Assembly (NCBI GenBank): GCA_012513795.1
Contig: JAAZBN010000214.1
Location: forward strand, 1 to 45,477
Direction of reading: 5' to 3'
DNA: 45,477 nt
Source: Bacteroidales bacterium
GTDB taxonomy: Bacteria > Bacteroidota > Bacteroidia > Bacteroidales > VadinHA17
The translations under genes and the position numbers were made by a program. This document shows positions 8,773-16,871 of the stretch, one piece after another. The notes below the pieces were generated by a model. That model did no database searches. It worked only from the letters and a program-made list of their open reading frames with translations, and was not told the origin of the DNA. Every line of letters begins with the position of its first letter. The stretch's first letter is position 1.

Positions 8773-10881
8773 ATGATCAGTGCTAAATTATTGAATCCTA
8801 AAAGTATAGTCGTTGTCGGCGGATCAGACGACATCACCAAGGCTGGAGGCAAGGTACTCAAGAACCTTCTGAGCGGCGATTTTCCCGGTAGCCTTTATGT
8901 TGTAAATCCCAAAGCGACTGTTGTCCAGGGGCTGACGGCATATGCCGATGTGTCACTGGTTCCCCGTACCGACCTGGCAGTGATTGCCGTTGCTGCCCGC
9001 TATTGCCCGGGAATTGTCAGGACGCTGGCAACGGAGAAGGGCACTGGCGGATTCATTATTCTTTCTGCAGGATTCAGCGAGGAGAATGAGGAGGGAGCTG
9101 CCCTGGAAAAGGAGATTGTTGATATTATAAACAGTACCGGGGGTACTCTTATTGGCCCCAATTGCATAGGCTACCTCAACAATATTTATCACGGGGTCTT
9201 TACGGAGCCCATACCCAGGCTCTCGCCGCAGGGCATTGACTTCATCTCAGGCTCGGGGGCGACGGCTGTTTTTATTCTTGAAACGGCCATTACCGGAGGA
9301 CTTCCCTTCTCAAGCGTATGGTCGGTCGGCAACAGCGCTCAGACCGGTGTGGAGGATGTGCTGGAACACCTCGATAATACATTTGACCCGCTGACCAGTT
9401 CACGGATCAAACTACTGTATATTGAGAACATCGCAGATCCGCAGCGGTTCCTGAGGCACTCAGCCTCACTTATCAGAAAGGGGTGCAGGATTGCTGCCAT
9501 CAAGGCAGGTTCATCAGAGGCGGGGTCCAGGGCCGCATCATCACACACGGGAGCGATGGCTTCACCCGATACTGCAGTGGATGCGCTTTTGAGAAAGGCT
9601 GGTGTTGTAAGGTGCTACAGCCGTACCGACCTGGCTACAGTGGCTGCACTATTTACATATAAACCGCTTAAAGGAAAGAGAATTGCTATAGTAACACATG
9701 CCGGAGGCCCTGCTGTGATGCTGACCGATGCTCTCAGCGAGGGAGGGATGGAGATACCCCATCTGTCAGGACCGGAAGCAGAGAGGCTCCTGGAAAAACT
9801 TTTTCCGGGCTCATCGGTGGCTAACCCCATCGATTTTCTGGCCACAGGAACCGCCGAACAGCTCGGACATATTATTGATGCATGTGAAAACGACTTTAAC
9901 GAGATTGATGCTATTGCGGTCATCTTCGGCAGCCCGGGACTCTTTCCGGTGGATGATGTCTATAACCTGCTCCACGAAAAGATCCGCAGCTGCAAAAAAC
10001 CGGTTTATCCCGTCATGCCGTCAGTCATCAACGTGAAGAGGGAGATAGCTGATTTCATTGCCAGGGGCAATGCCATCTTCACTGACGAGGTGCTCTTTGG
10101 AAGGGCACTCTGCCGGGTCAACGCAACACCTGCCCCGGCAGTGCCGGAGAAAATGGAGGATGTCACGGCCGGATCATCTGATCTGAATGGCAGCTCTGCA
10201 CGAACTGACATGAGAGTGATCAGGGAGGTCATTGATGGCGCCGGAGACGGATACCTTCCGCCCGAAAAAGTCGGGCTACTATTAAGGGCTGCCGGCATTG
10301 AGACGGTGCCCGAGAGTGTTGTCACCTCTGCCGAAGAGGCCGTCAGGACTGCTGGCGCGATGGGTTACCCGGTAGTGATGAAGGTGGCAGGTCCGGTGCA
10401 TAAGTCAGATATTGGCGGGGTTGCACTGAACATCAGCGGAGAGGAGAGGGTCAGGGAGGAGTATGCGAGAATGATGGCACTTCCGGAAGTGACCGGTATA
10501 CTGATCCAAAAGATGATCAGCGGTAGCGAGCTCTTCTGCGGCGCCACCGCCGAGGGCCGCTTCGGCCACCTGGTGATGGCCGGTATGGGAGGGATATTTA
10601 TAGAGGTCTTTAAGGATGTGGCCACAGCGCTGATACCTGTCTCAGAAAATGAAGCCAGATCAATGATAAGGTCACTCAAGTCATATAAGATAATTAAGGG
10701 TGTGCGGGGTTCAGAAGGGGTCAACGAAGAGGCGTTTGCCAGGGTGATTACCTCTTTGTCGGACCTCCTTGCCCTGGCTCCGGAGATAGCCGAGATGGAT
10801 ATCAATCCGCTGCTGGGAACTCCTGATAAGATAGTTGCAGTGGACGCCAGGATAAGAGTCGGCAGTAAAGACAGAAAATAG
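8773..10881 (+). CDS. ADP-forming acetate/acyl-CoA ligase (fused alpha-beta, ACD family)
   Basis: CoA-binding N-terminus (LNPKSIVVVGGS, IGPNCIG), catalytic His in ASSHTGAMA, NPIDF, ATP-grasp (GYPVVMK, HKSDIGGV, MDINPL, DARI); no GNAT domain. Confidence 0.9.
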   Translation: MISAKLLNPKSIVVVGGSDDITKAGGKVLKNLLSGDFPGSLYVVNPKATVVQGLTAYADVSLVPRTDLAVIAVAARYCPGIVRTLATEKGTGGFIILSAGFSEENEEGAALEKEIVDIINSTGGTLIGPNCIGYLNNIYHGVFTEPIPRLSPQGIDFISGSGATAVFILETAITGGLPFSSVWSVGNSAQTGVEDVLEHLDNTFDPLTSSRIKLLYIENIADPQRFLRHSASLIRKGCRIAAIKAGSSEAGSRAASSHTGAMASPDTAVDALLRKAGVVRCYSRTDLATVAALFTYKPLKGKRIAIVTHAGGPAVMLTDALSEGGMEIPHLSGPEAERLLEKLFPGSSVANPIDFLATGTAEQLGHIIDACENDFNEIDAIAVIFGSPGLFPVDDVYNLLHEKIRSCKKPVYPVMPSVINVKREIADFIARGNAIFTDEVLFGRALCRVNATPAPAVPEKMEDVTAGSSDLNGSSARTDMRVIREVIDGAGDGYLPPEKVGLLLRAAGIETVPESVVTSAEEAVRTAGAMGYPVVMKVAGPVHKSDIGGVALNISGEERVREEYARMMALPEVTGILIQKMISGSELFCGATAEGRFGHLVMAGMGGIFIEVFKDVATALIPVSENEARSMIRSLKSYKIIKGVRGSEGVNEEAFARVITSLSDLLALAPEIAEMDINPLLGTPDKIVAVDARIRVGSKDRK

Positions 10882-11062
10882 AATCACATGGAAATTGGTT
10901 GTAGACCAATAAGAATTGTAGGAGACAGGCCCCGCCCACCCGCCCCTTTATTCCCGGGTGACATGTTTATACAATTCTTGATCCGCTTCGCGCATCCGGT
11001 CTGCAGTAAAGACAGAAAATTGAATCACATGGAAATTGGTCGTAGACCAATAAGAATTGTAG
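10862..11062 (+). repeat. 60-bp direct repeat (10862-10921 and 11003-11062, 2 mismatches)
   Basis: GCAGTAAAGACAGAAAAT(A/T)GAATCACATGGAAATTGGT(T/C)GTAGACCAATAAGAATTGTAG seen twice; the first copy includes the last codons and stop of the acyl-CoA ligase. Confidence 0.9.
10894..11061. repeat. Three copies of a 27-bp stem-GNA-stem-AAGAATTGTA element (10894-10920 +, 10970-10996 -, 11035-11061 +)
   Basis: ATTGGTT-GTA-GACCAAT-AAGAATTGTA; minus strand GATGCGC-GAA-GCGGATC-AAGAATTGTA; ATTGGTC-GTA-GACCAAT-AAGAATTGTA. Confidence 0.8.
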
Positions 11063-11089
11063 AATAGCATGCCCAAAACCCCAACCCCA

Positions 11090-11124
11090 AAATCGCAATT
11101 CGAAAATCGCAATTCGCAAATCCA
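11090..11124 (+). repeat. Heptamer tandem array (AAATCGC-like, 5 units)
   Basis: AAATCGC AATTCGA AAATCGC AATTCGC AAATCCA immediately before ATG 11126. Confidence 0.7.
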
Positions 11125-11125
11125 T

Positions 11126-11833
11126 ATGAAGCGTTCTGATATAATTTTTATTCTCGTTTTTGTCGGATTGTTTGTGCCGTTTTTCCTGTCTGACAAACTA
11201 TATGATTTCTTTATCTGGTTCAGTACCGAATGGGCTTTTACTGCAAGCTTCATGAAGTTTGCAATCCTTGCCACCATGGGCGAGATGCTCGGCAGCAGGA
11301 TCAGAACAGGCATTTACCTGCCGGCGGGTTTTGCACTGTTGTACCGGGCCGTTGTCTGGGGATTCCTCGGTATGACCGTCAAGGCAGCCTTCGTGATCTT
11401 CGCCGGCGGTACACCCCTGATATTGGAACACCTGGGCATGAAGAATGCCGCTGTGGTCATGGCTGGTCCGGTCACCGGCACCAGGGTGCTGCTTGCCTTT
11501 TCAATCAGCACATTCCTGAATATCTTTTATGCGCCGGTGCTGATGGTGACCCATCGTATCAGTGACCTTCATATTGCCTCCGCAGCAGGAGACAGGCGGA
11601 AGCTTCTGACTGTACCCGATGTGAAAGGATTGTTTGCATCAATCGACTGGAACAGCATGTGGGGTATTGTGCTGAAAAAGAGCATACCACTCTTCTGGAT
11701 ACCGGCACAGACAGTCAACTTCCTTCTCCCGGAAGAATTCAGGATCCTCATCGCCGCCCTCTACAGTACCGTGCTGGGAGTGATACTGGCGCTGGCTGCG
11801 GGAACAGGCAGGAAGCCGGAAGGTCTGAGGTAA
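11126..11833 (+). CDS. Mpv17/PMP22-like integral membrane protein
   Basis: Multiple hydrophobic helices; C-terminal FWIPAQTVNFLLPEEFRILIAALYSTVLGVILA resembles the Mpv17/PMP22 W-P-x-Q-xx-NF-xx-P-xx-R signature. Start set at MKRSD because the longer start runs through the heptamer repeat. Confidence 0.65.
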   Translation: MKRSDIIFILVFVGLFVPFFLSDKLYDFFIWFSTEWAFTASFMKFAILATMGEMLGSRIRTGIYLPAGFALLYRAVVWGFLGMTVKAAFVIFAGGTPLILEHLGMKNAAVVMAGPVTGTRVLLAFSISTFLNIFYAPVLMVTHRISDLHIASAAGDRRKLLTVPDVKGLFASIDWNSMWGIVLKKSIPLFWIPAQTVNFLLPEEFRILIAALYSTVLGVILALAAGTGRKPEGLR

Positions 11834-11907
11834 CTCGGTCTTGCTCTCTTGCGGTCAAAGGATCAGAACAGAAGGATTGCAAGACTGCATGACGGAGCGA
11901 AGCGACA

Positions 11908-12003
11908 GACCTTCCGACCTTCCGACCTTCCGACCTTTAGACCTTTAGACCTTTAGACCTTTGGACCTTTAGACCTTTGGACCCTTGTACCGTCAGACCT
12001 TTT
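11908..12003 (+). repeat. Octamer tandem array, 12 units of GACCTTNN
   Basis: GACCTTCC x3, GACCTTTA x3, GACCTTTG, GACCTTTA, GACCTTTG, GACCCTTG, TACCGTCA, GACCTTTT. Confidence 0.9.
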
Positions 12004-12085
12004 TGAAATATGACAAATAGCAGCAATCGTTCACTTATAAATTTTTATCTTAGGGCCTCAGATGAGGGCACTAAATAAAAAATTT

Positions 12086-13408
12086 ATGAAAAACACCCCC
12101 ATTAATCGTCAAACAGTAAGCAATGCCATAGTATCCAGCGGCATCACAGACCTGGGGCGCGCAAGCATAAGAGAGATAGTCAAGCTGGTGAATGTACTTC
12201 GCCGTGAGACAGGGGTGGAGTTCATAAGGATGGAGATGGGTGTTCCCGGTCTCCCTTCGGCAGAGGTGGGAGTAAGGGCAGAGATAGAAGCCCTGAGAAG
12301 AGGCGTCGCCTCTGACTATCCTGACATCGAAGGCCTGCCGGAGATGAAAACGGAAGCATCAAAATTCGTAAAGAGTTTTCTCGATATTGATGTGAAGCCC
12401 GAATGCTGCGTCCCCACCGGCGGCGCCATGATGGGAGGGATGGCAAGCTTCATGGTGGCAAACCGCAATGACCACACAAAGGAGGGAACACTCTTCATTG
12501 ACCCGGGCTTCCCTGTGCAGAAAACCCAGACACGTATACTCGGACAGGATTTCAGGTCGTTTGACGTATATAATTACCGCGGAGAAAAGCTCGGGCCAAA
12601 GCTGGAATCGATACTTGAGTGCGGAAAGGTGTCAACCATTCTCTATTCCAACCCCAACAACCCGTCATGGATCTGTTTCACTGATAACGAGCTCCGTACA
12701 ATAGGCACCCTGGCCAAAAAGTATGACGCAATCGTAATTGAAGACCTTGCCTATTTCGGGATGGACTTCCGTGAAGACTACTCGGTTCCCGGCCAACCGC
12801 CCTTCCAGCCTACTGTGGCAAGATATTGTGATGACTACATCCTCCTGATCTCCAGCTCAAAGATATTCAGCTATGCCGGGCAGAGAATAGGACTGCTGAT
12901 CATGTCTGACCACCTGTATAACAGGCGTTACCCGGATCTTCTAAGATATTATTCATCGGAGATTTTCGGCAGGGCCATGATCTTCGGGGCACTATATGCC
13001 CTCTCCTCAGGGGTGAGCCACTCGGCACAGTACGGTTTTACAGCAATACTGAAAGCTGTCAATGAGGGTCTCTACAATTTTGTGGACAACACAAGGGTAT
13101 ACGGTGAAAAGGCTGCCAGAATGAAGGAGATGTTCACAAGCAACGGCTTTAGGATTGTTTATGATATGGACATAGACAGGCCCGTTGCTGACGGATTCTA
13201 TTTTACCATCTCCTACCCCGGCATGAGCGGCGGAGAGCTCCTTCAGGAACTGCTGGCTTATGGAATAGCAGCCATCACGCTCAATATCTGCGGCAGCGAG
13301 AGACATGAGGGACTCCGGGCATGCGTTTCGCAGGTAAGGAGTAAACAGCTTCCATTGCTGGAAGAACGACTCGCACTGTTCAGTGAAAACAATCCGATAG
13401 AAAAATAA
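12086..13408 (+). CDS. PLP-dependent aminotransferase, class I/II
   Basis: YSNPNNPSW, IEDLAY, SSSKIFSYAGQRIG (PLP Lys), C-terminal LRAC; start MKNTP after an A-rich leader. Confidence 0.9.
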   Translation: MKNTPINRQTVSNAIVSSGITDLGRASIREIVKLVNVLRRETGVEFIRMEMGVPGLPSAEVGVRAEIEALRRGVASDYPDIEGLPEMKTEASKFVKSFLDIDVKPECCVPTGGAMMGGMASFMVANRNDHTKEGTLFIDPGFPVQKTQTRILGQDFRSFDVYNYRGEKLGPKLESILECGKVSTILYSNPNNPSWICFTDNELRTIGTLAKKYDAIVIEDLAYFGMDFREDYSVPGQPPFQPTVARYCDDYILLISSSKIFSYAGQRIGLLIMSDHLYNRRYPDLLRYYSSEIFGRAMIFGALYALSSGVSHSAQYGFTAILKAVNEGLYNFVDNTRVYGEKAARMKEMFTSNGFRIVYDMDIDRPVADGFYFTISYPGMSGGELLQELLAYGIAAITLNICGSERHEGLRACVSQVRSKQLPLLEERLALFSENNPIEK

Positions 13409-13445
13409 ATAATACATTTAAACCGCAGTAAAATTCATAAGAGAT

Positions 13446-13673
13446 ATGGCAAAGATAAAAGGAGCAGTTGTTGTTGACCGCGAGCGGTGCAAGGGTTGTG
13501 AGGTGTGCGTTGTTACATGCCCCACCGAAACACTTGCACTGGCAACGGAGGTAAACTCAAAAGGCTATCATTACAGTTATGCGGCTAATCCCGATGCGTG
13601 TATCGGCTGCGCTAACTGCGCTGTTGTCTGTCCTGACGGCGTGATAACAGTATATAAAGTAAAGGTTGGATAA
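13446..13673 (+). CDS. 2x[4Fe-4S] ferredoxin, delta subunit of 2-oxoacid:ferredoxin oxidoreductase
   Basis: CKGCEVCVVTCP and CIGCANCAVVCP; adjacent to the OFOR alpha subunit. Confidence 0.9.
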   Translation: MAKIKGAVVVDRERCKGCEVCVVTCPTETLALATEVNSKGYHYSYAANPDACIGCANCAVVCPDGVITVYKVKVG

Positions 13674-13694
13674 GAAAAGAAACAATATAGATTA

Positions 13695-14762
13695 ATGGAA
13701 AAGGAACTGAGACTGATGAAGGGCAACGAAGCTATCGCCGAGGCGGCGATACGCGCCGGTGCTGACGGTTATTTCGGGTATCCCATCACTCCGCAGAGCG
13801 AGATACTTGAATATCTTATGGAGGCCAACCCACAGGCAACTACCGGGATGGTGGTCCTGCAGGCGGAGAGCGAGGTGGCTGCCATCAATATGGTTTACGG
13901 AGGAGCTGCCTGCGGCAAGAAGGTGATGACCTCATCTTCATCCCCCGGCATAAGCCTCAAGCAGGAGGGCATAACCTACATCGCAGGTGCGGAATTGCCC
14001 TGCCTGATAGTGAATGTTGTGCGCGGCGGCCCGGGACTGGGAACCATTCAGCCGGCGCAGAGCGATTATTTCCAGGCTACCAAGGGAGGCGGTCACGGCG
14101 ACTATCACCTGCTGGTCCTTGCACCCTCATCAGTCCAGGAAATGGCTGACTTCGTCGAACTGGGCTTCGACCTGGCCTTCAAATACAGGAATCCGGCCAT
14201 GATCCTCTCTGACGGCGCCATCGGGCAGATGATGGAGAAAGTATGGCTCAAACCTCAGAAGAAGAGGTCGGAAGAGATCCTTCCCTGGGCAACTACAGGG
14301 AAACCTGCCACGCGCGAGCGTAACATAATCACATCGCTTGATCTTGACCCCGCCAGACAGGAAAAATTCAACCTGAAATTGATAGCCAAGTACCGGGAGA
14401 TGGAGGAAAATGAGGTCCGGTACGAAGAGTTCATGACAGAAGATGCTGATTATATCTTCGTGGCATACGGTACCAGCTCAAGGATATGCCAGAAAGCGCT
14501 GCAGCTGGCAAGGGCTGAGGGAATCAAAGCCGGGCTGCTGAGACCGATAACACTGTTCCCGTTCCCGAAGAAGAGACTCAATGAGCTCGCAGACAGGATG
14601 AAAGGCATGCTGGCTGTGGAGATGAGCGCCGGTCAGATGGTTGAGGACGTGATGCTCTCAGTAAACGGAAAAACAAGGGTTAGTCACTTCGGAAGGATGG
14701 GAGGCATGATCCCGACTCCCGAAGAGGTGGTTGAAAACCTGAAATCATTCATTAAAGGATAA
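13695..14762 (+). CDS. vorB: 2-oxoacid:ferredoxin oxidoreductase alpha subunit (VorB-like, 2-ketoisovalerate type)
   Basis: MKGNEAIAEAA, GYPITPQSE, QAESEVAA, TSSSSPGISLKQE, RGGPGLGTIQP. Confidence 0.85.
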   Translation: MEKELRLMKGNEAIAEAAIRAGADGYFGYPITPQSEILEYLMEANPQATTGMVVLQAESEVAAINMVYGGAACGKKVMTSSSSPGISLKQEGITYIAGAELPCLIVNVVRGGPGLGTIQPAQSDYFQATKGGGHGDYHLLVLAPSSVQEMADFVELGFDLAFKYRNPAMILSDGAIGQMMEKVWLKPQKKRSEEILPWATTGKPATRERNIITSLDLDPARQEKFNLKLIAKYREMEENEVRYEEFMTEDADYIFVAYGTSSRICQKALQLARAEGIKAGLLRPITLFPFPKKRLNELADRMKGMLAVEMSAGQMVEDVMLSVNGKTRVSHFGRMGGMIPTPEEVVENLKSFIKG

Positions 14763-14767
14763 GAAAG

Positions 14768-15544
14768 ATGGCAGAGATAACATTCAATGATATAATCAAG
14801 CCCGAGAACCTGGCATATAAGAGGTCAAAGCTGATGACAGACAATGTCATGCACTACTGCCCGGGCTGCGGACACGGAACGGCACACCAGGTGCTGGCTG
14901 AGGTGCTGGAGGAGGAAAACCTCCAGGAAAGGACCGTGGGGATCACTCCGGTAGGATGCTCAGTGCTGATGTACAATTATATAGATGTCGACTTCCAGGA
15001 GGCTGCACACGGAAGGGCGCCTGCGCTGGCAACAGCGGTAAAACGACTGATGCCTGAGAAGTTTGTCTTTACCTACCAGGGTGACGGTGACCTGGCTGCT
15101 ATAGGCACCGCGGAAACCATCCACACCTGCAACAGGGGAGAGAATATACTGATCATCTTCATCAACAACGGCATCTACGGTATGACAGGAGGCCAGATGG
15201 CACCCACAACCCTGCCCGGGATGAAATCTTCAACTTCCCCCTACGGCCGCGATGTCTCAATGATGGGCTCACCCATCAAGATGGCAGATATAGTGGCAAT
15301 GCTTCCCGGCACATGCTATGTCACCAGGCATAGCGTCAATACAGCCGGCGGAGTAAGGAAATTCAAGAGGGCTCTGAAGAAAGCGGTTCAGTATCAGAAT
15401 GAAAATAGAGGCACATGCTTTATCGAGGTGGTCTCAAACTGTCCTTCAGGATGGAAGATGACCCCTGTTGAATCAAATAAATGGCTGGAGGAGAACATGT
15501 TCCCATACTATCCTCTTGGAGATATAAAGGTGCCGGCTGAATGA
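14768..15544 (+). CDS. 2-oxoacid:ferredoxin oxidoreductase beta (TPP-binding) subunit
   Basis: YCPGCGHG, PVGCS, HGRAPA, TPP motif QGDGDLAAIG...INNGIYGMTGGQMAPT. Confidence 0.9.
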   Translation: MAEITFNDIIKPENLAYKRSKLMTDNVMHYCPGCGHGTAHQVLAEVLEEENLQERTVGITPVGCSVLMYNYIDVDFQEAAHGRAPALATAVKRLMPEKFVFTYQGDGDLAAIGTAETIHTCNRGENILIIFINNGIYGMTGGQMAPTTLPGMKSSTSPYGRDVSMMGSPIKMADIVAMLPGTCYVTRHSVNTAGGVRKFKRALKKAVQYQNENRGTCFIEVVSNCPSGWKMTPVESNKWLEENMFPYYPLGDIKVPAE

Positions 15545-15614
15545 AACCACTCGCCGGGAGGAGTCAGATCACCCGGCAGGCAGAAGTAAAAATGATGATT
15601 TAATCAAGCAGATC

Positions 15615-16157
15615 ATGACAGAAGAAATTATTATAGCAGGTTTTGGCGGGCAGGGAGTGCTCTCAATGGGAAAAATCATGGCCTATTCAGCCATGATGCA
15701 GGACATGGAGGTTAGCTGGATGCCCTCTTACGGTCCCGAGATGAGGGGCGGCACCGCCAACGTCAACGTGATACTCAGCGATGAGCGGATCAGCTCACCG
15801 ATTCTCCGCAGCTTCGACACGGCCATCATCCTTAACCAGCAGAGTATGGACAAGTTCGAGAAGTCAGTCAAGCCGGGCGGTACGCTCATCTATGACGGTA
15901 ACGGCATCACACGCCATCCCGAACGAAAGGATATAACAATATACCGCATAGATGCCGCCGAAGAGGCTTCAAAGCTGAAGATGCAGAAGATGTTCAACAT
16001 GTTTGTCCTGGGCGGATTCATGAAGGTAAAGCCGATCCTTAAAACAGATTATGTCCTAAAAGGTCTGAAAAAATCGCTCCCCGAACGCTACCATAACCTC
16101 ATACCCAAGAACGAGGAGGCAATCAAGCGGGGAATGGAACTAATTAATAAAGTTTGA
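15615..16157 (+). CDS. 2-oxoacid:ferredoxin oxidoreductase gamma subunit
   Basis: IAGFGGQGVLSMG, PSYGPEMRGGTAN. Confidence 0.9.
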   Translation: MTEEIIIAGFGGQGVLSMGKIMAYSAMMQDMEVSWMPSYGPEMRGGTANVNVILSDERISSPILRSFDTAIILNQQSMDKFEKSVKPGGTLIYDGNGITRHPERKDITIYRIDAAEEASKLKMQKMFNMFVLGGFMKVKPILKTDYVLKGLKKSLPERYHNLIPKNEEAIKRGMELINKV

Positions 16158-16173
16158 TCCTGGCATCGGGAAA

Positions 16174-16278
16174 TCGGCAGTCGGCAGTCGGCACTCGGCA
16201 GTGAGTATCATATTAACTGACCGCTGACTGCCGACTGATACTGCCGACTGATACTGCCGACTGCTGACTGGTACTGCC
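16174..16278. repeat. Inverted heptamer arrays (TCGGCAG x4 facing ACTGCCG-type units) between convergent genes; possible bidirectional terminator
   Basis: TCGGCAG TCGGCAG TCGGCAC TCGGCAG at 16174-16201, then ACTGCCG/ACTGAT alternation from ~16216 to 16278. Confidence 0.8.
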
Positions 16279-16871
16279 TACTCGTAAAAATGCATCTCCC
16301 TGATGTACTTCCATACGGCAGGGGGGAGAAACCACGAGACATCTTTTCCCTCACGGATGGCGCTGCGGATGAATGTGCCCGAGATCTCCATTATGGGTGC
16401 GTCAATCTCCTGTACTGAGGCCATGGCCAGTATCTCCTGCAACCTCTTGCTGCTGCGCCTGCCAGGGTATAGCCTGGGATAGACAACTATAGGGCATTGT
16501 TCTACCAGCAGCTCAGCATTCTTCCACTTATGCAGTGTGGTCAGATTATCCTCACCCATGATGAGGGTGAACCGTCGGGATGGATATTTTTCTGTAAGAT
16601 ATGCCAGCGTGTCAATGGTATAGGAGGGTCGGGGCAGGGTAAACTCTATGTCAGATGCCCTGAACCTCGGATCATCACCTATTGCCAGCTGGGTCATATA
16701 GAACCGGTCCCGTTCTCCGAGAAGAGATTCCTTAACCTTCAGAGGATTGTGCGGACTGACAACAAACCACACCTCCCTGAGAGGGGTATATTCGGTGATA
16801 TAGTTGGCAATGGCCATATGTCCTATATGCACCGGGTTGAATGATCCGAAAAAGAGTCCTGTCTCAGTCAT
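16278..16871 (-). CDS. nadD: Nicotinate-nucleotide adenylyltransferase
   Basis: GLFFGSFNPVHIGH, SPHNPLK, SYTIDTL, IMGEDN, ISGTFIR. Confidence 0.93.
   Translation of the reverse strand: MTETGLFFGSFNPVHIGHMAIANYITEYTPLREVWFVVSPHNPLKVKESLLGERDRFYMTQLAIGDDPRFRASDIEFTLPRPSYTIDTLAYLTEKYPSRRFTLIMGEDNLTTLHKWKNAELLVEQCPIVVYPRLYPGRRSSKRLQEILAMASVQEIDAPIMEISGTFIRSAIREGKDVSWFLPPAVWKYIREMHFYE

Noticed and set aside
8773-10881. Protein lysine acetyltransferase Pat/Pka
   Set aside because: Catalytic His is retained and there is no GNAT domain.
10862-11062. CRISPR or prophage att pair
   Set aside because: Repeat of 60 bp with 81 bp between is outside CRISPR dimensions; no integrase or cargo. Kept only as a duplication scar.
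10948-11313. 121-aa minus-strand ORF across the repeat region
   Set aside because: Overlaps the Mpv17-like gene antisense and reads through non-coding repeats; no family features.
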